This document shows positions 33,862 through 41,919 of a stretch of DNA of 64,000 bases, piece after piece. The position numbers and the translations under genes were made by a program. Location of the stretch: assembly GCA_042572295.1 (NCBI GenBank), contig JBHPFA010000002.1:64180-128179 (forward strand), written 5' to 3'. How positions within the stretch are numbered: the first letter of the stretch is position 1; each line of letters starts with the position of its first letter. This stretch comes from Nanobdellota archaeon (GTDB lineage Archaea > Nanobdellota > Nanobdellia > Pacearchaeales > JAHJTO01). Below the pieces are notes generated by a model. The model saw nothing but the letters and a program-made list of their open reading frames with translations. It was not told the DNA's origin and searched no databases.

Positions 33862-35646
33862 TTATACTGGAAGGGGGACCAATTCACCCATGGCATTAAT
33901 TATATTGTTATTACAGTTAGAACAGTGGCCACATGAATCTTTATTATCATCACAGTCGGAAGTTGTTTTTTGACGATAATCTATGAAGTTTTGCATAATC
34001 TTAGTTATCTCTTTTTCTTTTAGACCTTCAGTTTTACTAAGTTTAACTTTGTCTTTACCAGAAAACTTTCCAAGAAAGTAATTTCCTTCTTTATCTACAT
34101 AACCGATCTTACTTTTTCCAGTTTGGCCTACAAAATAAATATTTTCTGAACCCATTTCGGGTTCTTTTTCGTTTAAGTAAGAAACAATAATTTCTTTGAA
34201 ATCTAAATGTGTGTAAAGTTCTTTTATCTCTTTTTCTTCTAAATTTGGATTAATTATAACTAAAGGGATTTGGTAATTCTGTAATTTTCTTTCATAATCT
34301 CCTTTTTCTCCATGGTCTGAGATGATTACTATGAAGGCATCTTCAAGGATTTCTTCTTTTTCTAAAAATTCATAAATCTCTAGTAAATAATCGTTATAAT
34401 ATTCTATTCTACTCTTTCCAATTTCTTTATAGTACTCAGATCCATGCCCATAAATTAATTCTTGCATTAAAAAGAGCCCTTTATCTTTGTTATCCTTAAT
34501 GATTTCTTTTACTTCATCAATTACTGCGTTGTCTTCGCATCCAAAAAGGAATTCAAATTCATCAAGACAGAAATATTCTCCCTTTGTTTCTTCTGGAGAG
34601 TTGATTATTGAAACATCTGTCCAGTTATGGACTCTCATTAAAGTAATGGGTTTGCTCAAGGCAGCAATGGCTTGAGTGTGATAGTTATTTTGATTAAAAA
34701 GATCTACAATATTTTTTTCTTCAAGCACATATCCATAAAAGTTTATCCAATCTTTGATGTAACATTCAAATGGAATGTAATGGGATCCTAGAAGGACCCA
34801 TATTGAAGTTCTACTGTCTTGGTTTGTGGTGTAGTAGTTCGAAAATAAATGGGAATATTTTTCTGTTTTCTTAAAGAAATTTCTTTCTTCAGGTATTTTG
34901 GCAATTTCACTTTCAAAAACAGGATAAGATATCTCCTCCATGATGAATAATAGCACTTTTTTACCTTCTGGGAGAGAATAATCTGAATAATCTGTAATTC
35001 TTTTATCAAAAGTTTCAGGATTGTATTCTCTTTCTTGAATTGCTTTGGTTGTAAAAGATACTTCTCCAACATAATCTTTGAATAATTTTTCTGAAATAGT
35101 GTTTGTGTACATATTAGAAACAATTCCGGGGCTGAACAAAAGCACTATTATTGAGAGTATGATTAAAATGATGAAACTAATTTTAAGATAAGGTTGTATT
35201 TTTTTGAGGAACTTTGGATTTGCTAATGCCGCAAAACAAATTAAACCAATAATTATTGGAATCATTGCTAAATATTTTACATGTATTAAGTCTGTTAGAA
35301 CTATACTTATATTACTTATATTTAAATTACCCATTGTAAATTTCATTTGTATTGATCTATCCAGGAGTAGGGAGTTTACACTGAAGACTATAAAATGAAA
35401 TATTGCAGTAATAAAGAATAATACTCTTGTTGTGAGGAATAAGGCCTTCTTATCCTTTGTTTTTTGTTCTATAAAAGAGAATATCAGATATATTATAATT
35501 AGAACTAGGAAATCAAATAAGGAATTTGCAAAAATCCCCCAGTAATTTTTTGAAAAAAAGAACTTGATTAAGAATAAAATGGCCCCCATCAATAAAACTA
35601 ACCTAAGAGTATAGTTCTCAAGTGTAAAAAACTCCTTCTTATCCAT
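33862..35646 (-). CDS. Membrane-anchored sulfatase/phosphoglycerol-transferase (LTA-synthase-like) family protein
   Basis: About five N-terminal TM helices followed by an alkaline-phosphatase-superfamily domain (VLLFIMEE..., VIISDHGEKGD). Cys-rich C-terminal tail DCDDNKDSCGHCSNCNNN. Confidence 0.6.
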   Translation of the reverse strand: MDKKEFFTLENYTLRLVLLMGAILFLIKFFFSKNYWGIFANSLFDFLVLIIIYLIFSFIEQKTKDKKALFLTTRVLFFITAIFHFIVFSVNSLLLDRSIQMKFTMGNLNISNISIVLTDLIHVKYLAMIPIIIGLICFAALANPKFLKKIQPYLKISFIILIILSIIVLLFSPGIVSNMYTNTISEKLFKDYVGEVSFTTKAIQEREYNPETFDKRITDYSDYSLPEGKKVLLFIMEEISYPVFESEIAKIPEERNFFKKTEKYSHLFSNYYTTNQDSRTSIWVLLGSHYIPFECYIKDWINFYGYVLEEKNIVDLFNQNNYHTQAIAALSKPITLMRVHNWTDVSIINSPEETKGEYFCLDEFEFLFGCEDNAVIDEVKEIIKDNKDKGLFLMQELIYGHGSEYYKEIGKSRIEYYNDYLLEIYEFLEKEEILEDAFIVIISDHGEKGDYERKLQNYQIPLVIINPNLEEKEIKELYTHLDFKEIIVSYLNEKEPEMGSENIYFVGQTGKSKIGYVDKEGNYFLGKFSGKDKVKLSKTEGLKEKEITKIMQNFIDYRQKTTSDCDDNKDSCGHCSNCNNNIINAMGELVPLPV

Positions 35647-35768
35647 ATTTATTCTTTCGAAACTGAATTTATAAGCTTTTGTAAGGCTGGGGGCAATTAT
35701 TCCATTATCTCCATAAATAGCTTCTCTGACTTGGAAATTTTTATATAGTGTCCTTTTTTAAGAGTGTG

Positions 35769-36650
35769 ATGGAAATTAAGGCAAGAAGGGTTGAGTCACC
35801 TTCCTCTATCAATACCTATAATACCTGTCCCAGGAAGTACTATTATAATTATATAGAAAGACTGCCTACAAAAGGAAATATCCATACAATCAAAGGGAAT
35901 GTGGTGCATTCAGTGCTTGAAACCTTCTTCGATCAAGAGATTCCAGAGAATATCAATTATGACAATGCAGGAGAATGGTTCAAGAAACAGTTATTTTCTC
36001 TTTTTGCTAAGTTTTGGAAAGAAAAAAAAGACTTAGTCAAAGAAATAGCTATTTCTGAAGGAGAAGAAGCAGTAGGAATTAATGATTGTGTTGATATAAT
36101 CTATTTGTGGGCTGGTTTGCTTATTGATAAAATGGAGAAAACTGACCTTCCATTTAAAGAAGCTTTTCAAGTGTTTAAACCAAAACATAAAGAGCAGTAT
36201 TTCAAGTCTAGTTACCTTTCAGTTCATGGATTTGTAGATGTCATCGAGGAAATTAATAACAGTATAAGATTAATGGACTATAAAACTTCTAGTTCTTCTT
36301 ATATTAGTGATGATTATTTGTTGCAATTAGGAATCTATGCCTTGCTTTATCAAGAAGCTTTTAATTCTCCTCCTCAAGAAGTAGGAATTTATTTTTTAAG
36401 GGATGTAAATGGGGAGAAGGTATTGAAAGTTACAGATTATCTTTTAAACAATGCAAAAAGGAAAATTCTTGAGCATCATGGAAAGACCCAATCTGGAGAG
36501 ATAAGGGCTTATCCAAGAAAACCTTCTTATTTGTGTAAATGGTCTACTGGACAATGCGATTTCTATAATTTTTGTTATAACAAAAAAGGAGCATTAAAAG
36601 AAGAAAGTCCTTGTAAAGCAGTAAAGCAAGCTGTTGAACTTAAGGCATGA
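35769..36650 (+). CDS. PD-(D/E)XK nuclease with Cas4/AddB-like Fe-S Cys cluster (stand-alone Cas4-like/RecB-family exonuclease)
   Basis: N-terminal Cys (CPRKYYY), the D..(D/E)xK core (VHGFVDV, LMDYKTS), QLGIYALL and the C-terminal CKWSTGQCDFYNFC. Confidence 0.7.
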   Translation: MEIKARRVESPSSINTYNTCPRKYYYNYIERLPTKGNIHTIKGNVVHSVLETFFDQEIPENINYDNAGEWFKKQLFSLFAKFWKEKKDLVKEIAISEGEEAVGINDCVDIIYLWAGLLIDKMEKTDLPFKEAFQVFKPKHKEQYFKSSYLSVHGFVDVIEEINNSIRLMDYKTSSSSYISDDYLLQLGIYALLYQEAFNSPPQEVGIYFLRDVNGEKVLKVTDYLLNNAKRKILEHHGKTQSGEIRAYPRKPSYLCKWSTGQCDFYNFCYNKKGALKEESPCKAVKQAVELKA

Positions 36651-36700
36651 AAACCTTTTTAATCAAAGGTGACTTGAATAATTCATCAAAAAGAGGCTAA

Positions 36701-37690
36701 ATGAAAGTTGTAATTAATGGTTTTGGAAGAATTGGTAGACAGTTTTTTCAGGCTGCTTTGGAACAGAATCTACCCGTAGAATTTATCATTAATGGTATCT
36801 CTAATCCAGAGAATGCAGCCTACCTTTTAAAATATGATTCTGTTTATGGGAAGTCTAAGTTGAGTGTTCATGTTTCTAAGGGTGATTTGGTTATTGGAAA
36901 ACATAAAATAAAGGTTTTGAATGAAAGAGATCCTAAAAAGTTTCCTTGGAAAAAATTGAAAGTGGATTTAGTTATTGAGTCCACTGGGAAGTTTAGATCT
37001 AAAGAATTGGCTATGGCTCATGTTAATGCGGGTGCAAAGAGGGTGTTGATTACTGCAACTGCAAAAAATGTTGATGCACTTATTGTTCCAGGAATCAATT
37101 CTAAAACTTTGAAAAAAGAACATAAAGTAATTTCTATGGCTTCTTGCACTACAAATTGTGTTACTCCCATGTTTAAGATAGTTGATGATGTTTTTGGAAT
37201 TAAGGAAGGATTCATGGTTACTGCACACAGTTATACCTCTTCACAAAGACTTGTTGATGGAACTCATAAAGATTTTAGGAGGGGAAGGAGTGCTGCGAAT
37301 AATATTGTTCCAACAAGTACAAGTGCAGCAGATGCTGCCGCGAAAGTTTTGCCACACTTAAAAGGAAAACTTGATGGATATGCATTAAGAGTCCCTGTTG
37401 TTGATGGTTCTGTAGTTGATTTGAGTATAGAAGTTAAGAAAAAGCCAACTGTTGATAAAATAAATAATGCTTTTAAGAAATTTTCAAATGGAAAATTAAA
37501 AGGGATTGTAGAATATTCGAAGGAACCTTTAGTCTCTACAGATATTTTAAGGAATTCTCATTCATGTATTTTTGATTCTTTATTAACAAAAGTCAGGGGT
37601 AATCTGATTAATATTGTTGGATGGTACGATAATGAGTGGGGCTACTCTTCAAGATTGGTTGATATTGTAAGGATAATTAAAAAACTTTAA
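36701..37690 (+). CDS. gap: Glyceraldehyde-3-phosphate dehydrogenase, type I (bacterial/eukaryal class)
   Basis: INGFGRIGR, active site ASCTTNC and WYDNEWGYS are class I GAPDH hallmarks, not the archaeal class II. Confidence 0.92.
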   Translation: MKVVINGFGRIGRQFFQAALEQNLPVEFIINGISNPENAAYLLKYDSVYGKSKLSVHVSKGDLVIGKHKIKVLNERDPKKFPWKKLKVDLVIESTGKFRSKELAMAHVNAGAKRVLITATAKNVDALIVPGINSKTLKKEHKVISMASCTTNCVTPMFKIVDDVFGIKEGFMVTAHSYTSSQRLVDGTHKDFRRGRSAANNIVPTSTSAADAAAKVLPHLKGKLDGYALRVPVVDGSVVDLSIEVKKKPTVDKINNAFKKFSNGKLKGIVEYSKEPLVSTDILRNSHSCIFDSLLTKVRGNLINIVGWYDNEWGYSSRLVDIVRIIKKL

Positions 37691-37703
37691 AGAGGAATAA
37701 AAA

Positions 37704-38858
37704 TTGAAGACTCTTGATAGTATTGATGTAAAAGGCAAGGTTGTTTTAGTGAGGGTGGATCTTAATTCTTCTGTTGTTAAAGGTAAAGTTTTTGATTCTC
37801 CAAGATTCAAAGCGCATTCTGAAACAATTAAAGAGCTAAAGAAGAAGAAGGCCAAGGTAATTATCTTGGCACACCAAGGAAGGCCTGGCAATAAGGATTT
37901 TTTAGGTTTGAAGAAACATGCTAGGATATTGAATAAATATGTCAAGGTTAAATTTGTTGGTGATGTGATTGGAAAAAAAGCTTTGAGAGCAATTTCCGAA
38001 TTAAAAAATGGAGATGCCTTACTTTTAGATAATGTAAGAAAATTGAAAGAGGAGTTTAAACCTTCAAATAGGAATAAACTAGTCAAAGTTTTATCAAAAG
38101 TTTCAGATATTTATGTGCAAGATGCTTTTTCTGTGGTGCATAGAAATCAAACTTCTGTTGTAAGTTTTCCAAAATCTCTTCCTCCCTATGTTGGAAGGAC
38201 TCTTGAGAGAGAATTGAAGTCTCTCAGTAAATTAAAAGCTTCTGGGAAAAAGTCAGTTTATCTTGTTGGTGGAATAAAGATTGGAGAAGAGTTTAGCTTG
38301 ATTGAAAAAGCGATTAAGGAAAATAAGACTGTTCTTACTGGAGGATATCTTGGATCGCTATGTTTAATTGCTAAAGGGTATGATGTTGGTTCTTTAAGCA
38401 AAGTTTTGCGTAAGAAGGGAGAATACAAATATCTTTCAAAAATAAAGAAGTATATCAAAAGTGGCAAACTTGTTTCCCCTATAGATATTGCAGTGAGTAT
38501 CAATGGAAAAAGAAAAGAACTTTCCTTATCAGCTCTTCCAACAGATTACCCTATCTTAGACATAGGGAAGAAAACTGTAGGGCTTTACAAAGATTATCTC
38601 AGAAAGGCGAATTTTGTAGTCATAAGGGGTGCTCCCGGTTATGCTGAGCTTAAGAATTTTAGATGGGGAACTGAACAATTATTAAGAGCAATCGCCTCTT
38701 CAAACTCTTTTTCCATTATGGGTGGAGGAAGTTTATCTACCATTGTCAAAGAATTAAGAATAAATACTAAAAGATTCTCCTATATTAGTCTTGCAGGGGG
38801 CGCTTTTGTTAGATATCTAGCAGGAGAAAGACTTCCAGGATTAGAGGTGTTAAAATGA
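37704..38858 (+). CDS. pgk: Phosphoglycerate kinase (archaeal type), TTG start
   Basis: VRVDLNS, ILAHQGRPG and GGGS...AGGAF. TTG start with agagga 7 nt upstream. Confidence 0.9.
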   Translation: MKTLDSIDVKGKVVLVRVDLNSSVVKGKVFDSPRFKAHSETIKELKKKKAKVIILAHQGRPGNKDFLGLKKHARILNKYVKVKFVGDVIGKKALRAISELKNGDALLLDNVRKLKEEFKPSNRNKLVKVLSKVSDIYVQDAFSVVHRNQTSVVSFPKSLPPYVGRTLERELKSLSKLKASGKKSVYLVGGIKIGEEFSLIEKAIKENKTVLTGGYLGSLCLIAKGYDVGSLSKVLRKKGEYKYLSKIKKYIKSGKLVSPIDIAVSINGKRKELSLSALPTDYPILDIGKKTVGLYKDYLRKANFVVIRGAPGYAELKNFRWGTEQLLRAIASSNSFSIMGGGSLSTIVKELRINTKRFSYISLAGGAFVRYLAGERLPGLEVLK

Positions 38859-39640
38859 AATATTCAATTGGAGTAGATATTGGTGGAACAAAGATTGCAT
38901 GTGGTTTAGTTGATTCTAAAGGAAATCTTAGGAAAAAAGTTTTGTATAAAACTGGAAAGATTAAGAAAGAAGCCTTGAATAGAATCAAGAAAGCAGTCTC
39001 TTTGTTGCTTGAAGGTGTAAGGGATGATGTGAAAGGGATTGGAGTAGGAATTCCTGGAACAATTAGTAAAACTGGAAAACTTGACGATCTTCCAAACTTA
39101 AGAATTCTTGAAGGAACAGATTTGGTTGGATTTTTGAAAAAGAGTTTTAAGAAAAAAGTAATTATGGAAAATGATGCTTCTTGTGCAGCACTTGGAGAAT
39201 ATAAATTTGGAGTTGGTCGTGGTGTAAAGAATTTATATGTGGTGACTTTAGGAACTGGAGTTGGTGGTGGTGTGATAATTGATGGAAAACTTTATACTGG
39301 GAGAGGAAATGCTTCTGAACCAGGACATATGTTAATTGGAAAACAAGAATGGGAAGATGTCTGTTCTGGTAAGGCGTTAAGTAAATTCCTTAAAAAAGGT
39401 GAAAAAAGAGGTTATGAAGATTATTCTTATTATTTGGGAATCGGTTTGAGCAACATAATCAAATTATATGATCCTGAATTGATTGTTTTAACTGGAGGTG
39501 TTACAATTCGAAAAGATTATTTTTTGAAAAAAGCAATTAAGGTAGCTAAGCAAAACACTTTCTTTCCAATCTGTGAGATTAAGGCTTCTAACTTTCCAGA
39601 AGACATAGGTATTATCGGTGCAGCAGCCCTTATCTTTTGA
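38855..39640 (+). CDS. ROK-family sugar kinase (glucokinase-like)
   Basis: GVDIGGTKIACGLVD, ENDASCAALGE, LGTGVGGGVI and EPGHM. ATGA overlap with the pgk stop. Confidence 0.8.
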   Translation: MKYSIGVDIGGTKIACGLVDSKGNLRKKVLYKTGKIKKEALNRIKKAVSLLLEGVRDDVKGIGVGIPGTISKTGKLDDLPNLRILEGTDLVGFLKKSFKKKVIMENDASCAALGEYKFGVGRGVKNLYVVTLGTGVGGGVIIDGKLYTGRGNASEPGHMLIGKQEWEDVCSGKALSKFLKKGEKRGYEDYSYYLGIGLSNIIKLYDPELIVLTGGVTIRKDYFLKKAIKVAKQNTFFPICEIKASNFPEDIGIIGAAALIF

Positions 39641-39953
39641 TATCTTGGGCTTCAATTTCTAATTTTCCGTAATATTCATCTACTTTTCCTATTACTTCTA
39701 ATTTATCTCCTTTTGAGATCTCTAATCTTTGGAAAGAGACTACTCTTATGGATCCGCTTTTGTCAGATAGGTCAAAATAATTGCCCTTTTGGCCGATACT
39801 CATTACTTCTCCAGACACTTTAACGAATGAGTCAATGGTTGATTCATCAATTTCAGAGATTTCCTGCGTTTTTGGCTCTAAATAGTAGGCTAAAACTGCT
39901 AAAATAAGGGTGCCAATTAAGGCAGTAATCAGTGCAATTTTGGCTATTCTCAT
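39630..39953 (-). CDS. Membrane-anchored OB-fold protein
   Basis: N-terminal TM helix, then VKVSGEVMSI...IRVVSF...DKLEVIGKVDEYYGKLEI (tRNA_anti-like OB pattern). Confidence 0.55.
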   Translation of the reverse strand: MRIAKIALITALIGTLILAVLAYYLEPKTQEISEIDESTIDSFVKVSGEVMSIGQKGNYFDLSDKSGSIRVVSFQRLEISKGDKLEVIGKVDEYYGKLEIEAQDIKR

Positions 39954-40013
39954 ACATAGTTCGTTTTAATCAAAAGATTTAAATAGTTGTTATCACGCTG
40001 TAATGAATACAAA

Positions 40014-41918
40014 ATGGTCAAAAAACTAGATTATACATCTAATGCCCTAAAAAAGGCAGTTAGCGACGATAAGCCAGCAGATTCTGCCTTTAAGGGGTTG
40101 AAAAAGGCAGCTTTAGCGGCTGGATATGGGCTATCTTTATTCATAAGTTCTTTGGCCCCAGCAGCAAATGCCCTGGCAGAAGACTTCAAGAATGCTGGAG
40201 AAATCTTTGATAATATTCAGTATTCTTATGATAGTATTGTTAATATGGCAGTTCAAAAGGGATGTGATGAGAAATATCTTGAAAAAAGTATTAGTTGGTG
40301 GTCAAATGACTTCCTGAAGACCAATCCAGGATACTTAGATAATTTACCAGATAGCGAAAAAGAGTCTTTGAAGGATATATTACAAAATCATGGTAAGGCT
40401 CTTAAAAAGAAATTTGATGTTGCTTGTCCTCAAGTGGGAGAATTATCAGAAACTGTTCCTGTACCAGAACCTAAGAAAAAGGAAGTTCCAAAAGCAAAAC
40501 CTCAAGAAGACTTAGAAGAGAAAGTAAAGGCTATTGAACCTAGGGAAGATCCCACTCCTCAAATACCTAATTATTTTATTCAATCCTCAAAATATGAAGC
40601 TCAAGGTAAGGCCTTGATGAATGAAAGTCCAAGAAGGGCTAAAAAGTTGTTCAAGAAATCTCTAAAGTTACTTTCAAAAGATAAAGGTGGAGACTACTCT
40701 AGCACTAAAAAAGAATTGTTAGAATCTATCGAAGACTGTAATACTTTGGTTAGTGCAGAGAGATTAAGTAATACCTATAAAAAAGTTGAAAATCATATTA
40801 CAGAAGCAAATAATGCTAAAATGCCGGAAAAGATATTAAAACATTTCAAAAAGGCATTAAAAAGTTTAGAAAGAATCGGAGATCAAGGGGGAAAGTATGA
40901 TTCTCTTAAGACACAGTTAGAAGATGAAATTAGTTATTATGATGATGCAGCAAAAGGTGATCCTAAAAAAGAAAAAGAAAAGAAGGATACTATTTTTGCT
41001 AAGGTAGATAGATTAGGAGACAGAGTCTTGGATAGAAAAGGAACTTTCAAGAAGTATGGATCAGATTTATCAAGATATGCTGGAAGGGCTGGACCAAATA
41101 GGTTTGGGGCTGGATGGCTTAAGAAAAGAATTGAAACAGGAACTATAGCAACTTTTCGTGGACCATTTATTGATTTGAGATTACATCCCGATCTTCATAA
41201 ACTTTTGGGAGCGGATAGAAAAGGTGAGGAAAATCTAATTTCAGAAGTTGATTTAACTTACAAAACTTTAGGTGGTAGTTTAGAGAATATTACTGGTGCT
41301 AATGCAAGTCTTAAGGACTTGTTATTTAAGTTCAAATTAGGATTTGATCTTGGAAAACCTAAGGGAGAGGTTAAAAACACTTATATCAGGGCCGCAGTGG
41401 GATATTTTTATAATAGTCAAAATTTAGATGTTGAAATGTCTAAATATAACCTTGAGACTAATAGAAGTGTAAGCAATGAAGGAGCTGTACTGTTGCTAGG
41501 TCTAAGAGGAAAGAATTGGAACTTGACTTTGGAAGATATGTTGAGTACAAAGATGACTACAAGTGACCAAGTAAAGATTGATAATGAAGTAACTTACTCA
41601 AGCAAGGATCTTAAATCAAACGGGAATCAATTCTCTTTAGCATTTGAGTATTCTCCAAAACACAGTCTTTATTTGGCGACAAATTTTAACATGTCTAATT
41701 TTTCATATGCTTTATCAAGTCAAGAGACAAAAGAATTGGGATTCGAAGTTGGAAAGAATTTTGCATTAGATAAGAAGATTTTGGGTTCTCAACCAGTAAT
41801 TATTAGACCATCAGTTTACTGGCTAACTACTAAGTATGACAGTACGGATGATAATTCTGGAAAGGGTAGTGCGAAAGAATTTGGGCTTAAGCTAAATTAT
41901 GTTTTTGGAAACAAGTAA
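40014..41918 (+). CDS. Secreted/envelope protein with helical-repeat middle and beta-rich C-terminal domain
   Basis: Signal/anchor-like h-region with AxA (LFISSLAPAANA-LAED), an internal duplication (KKLFKKSLKLLSKDKGGDYSS / KHFKKALKSLERIGDQGGKYDS) and a C-terminal ~250 aa with alternating hydrophobic strands ending ...EFGLKLNYVFGNK. ATG at 40014 preferred to the TTG at 39987. Confidence 0.5.
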   Translation: MVKKLDYTSNALKKAVSDDKPADSAFKGLKKAALAAGYGLSLFISSLAPAANALAEDFKNAGEIFDNIQYSYDSIVNMAVQKGCDEKYLEKSISWWSNDFLKTNPGYLDNLPDSEKESLKDILQNHGKALKKKFDVACPQVGELSETVPVPEPKKKEVPKAKPQEDLEEKVKAIEPREDPTPQIPNYFIQSSKYEAQGKALMNESPRRAKKLFKKSLKLLSKDKGGDYSSTKKELLESIEDCNTLVSAERLSNTYKKVENHITEANNAKMPEKILKHFKKALKSLERIGDQGGKYDSLKTQLEDEISYYDDAAKGDPKKEKEKKDTIFAKVDRLGDRVLDRKGTFKKYGSDLSRYAGRAGPNRFGAGWLKKRIETGTIATFRGPFIDLRLHPDLHKLLGADRKGEENLISEVDLTYKTLGGSLENITGANASLKDLLFKFKLGFDLGKPKGEVKNTYIRAAVGYFYNSQNLDVEMSKYNLETNRSVSNEGAVLLLGLRGKNWNLTLEDMLSTKMTTSDQVKIDNEVTYSSKDLKSNGNQFSLAFEYSPKHSLYLATNFNMSNFSYALSSQETKELGFEVGKNFALDKKILGSQPVIIRPSVYWLTTKYDSTDDNSGKGSAKEFGLKLNYVFGNK

Positions 41919-41919
41919 A

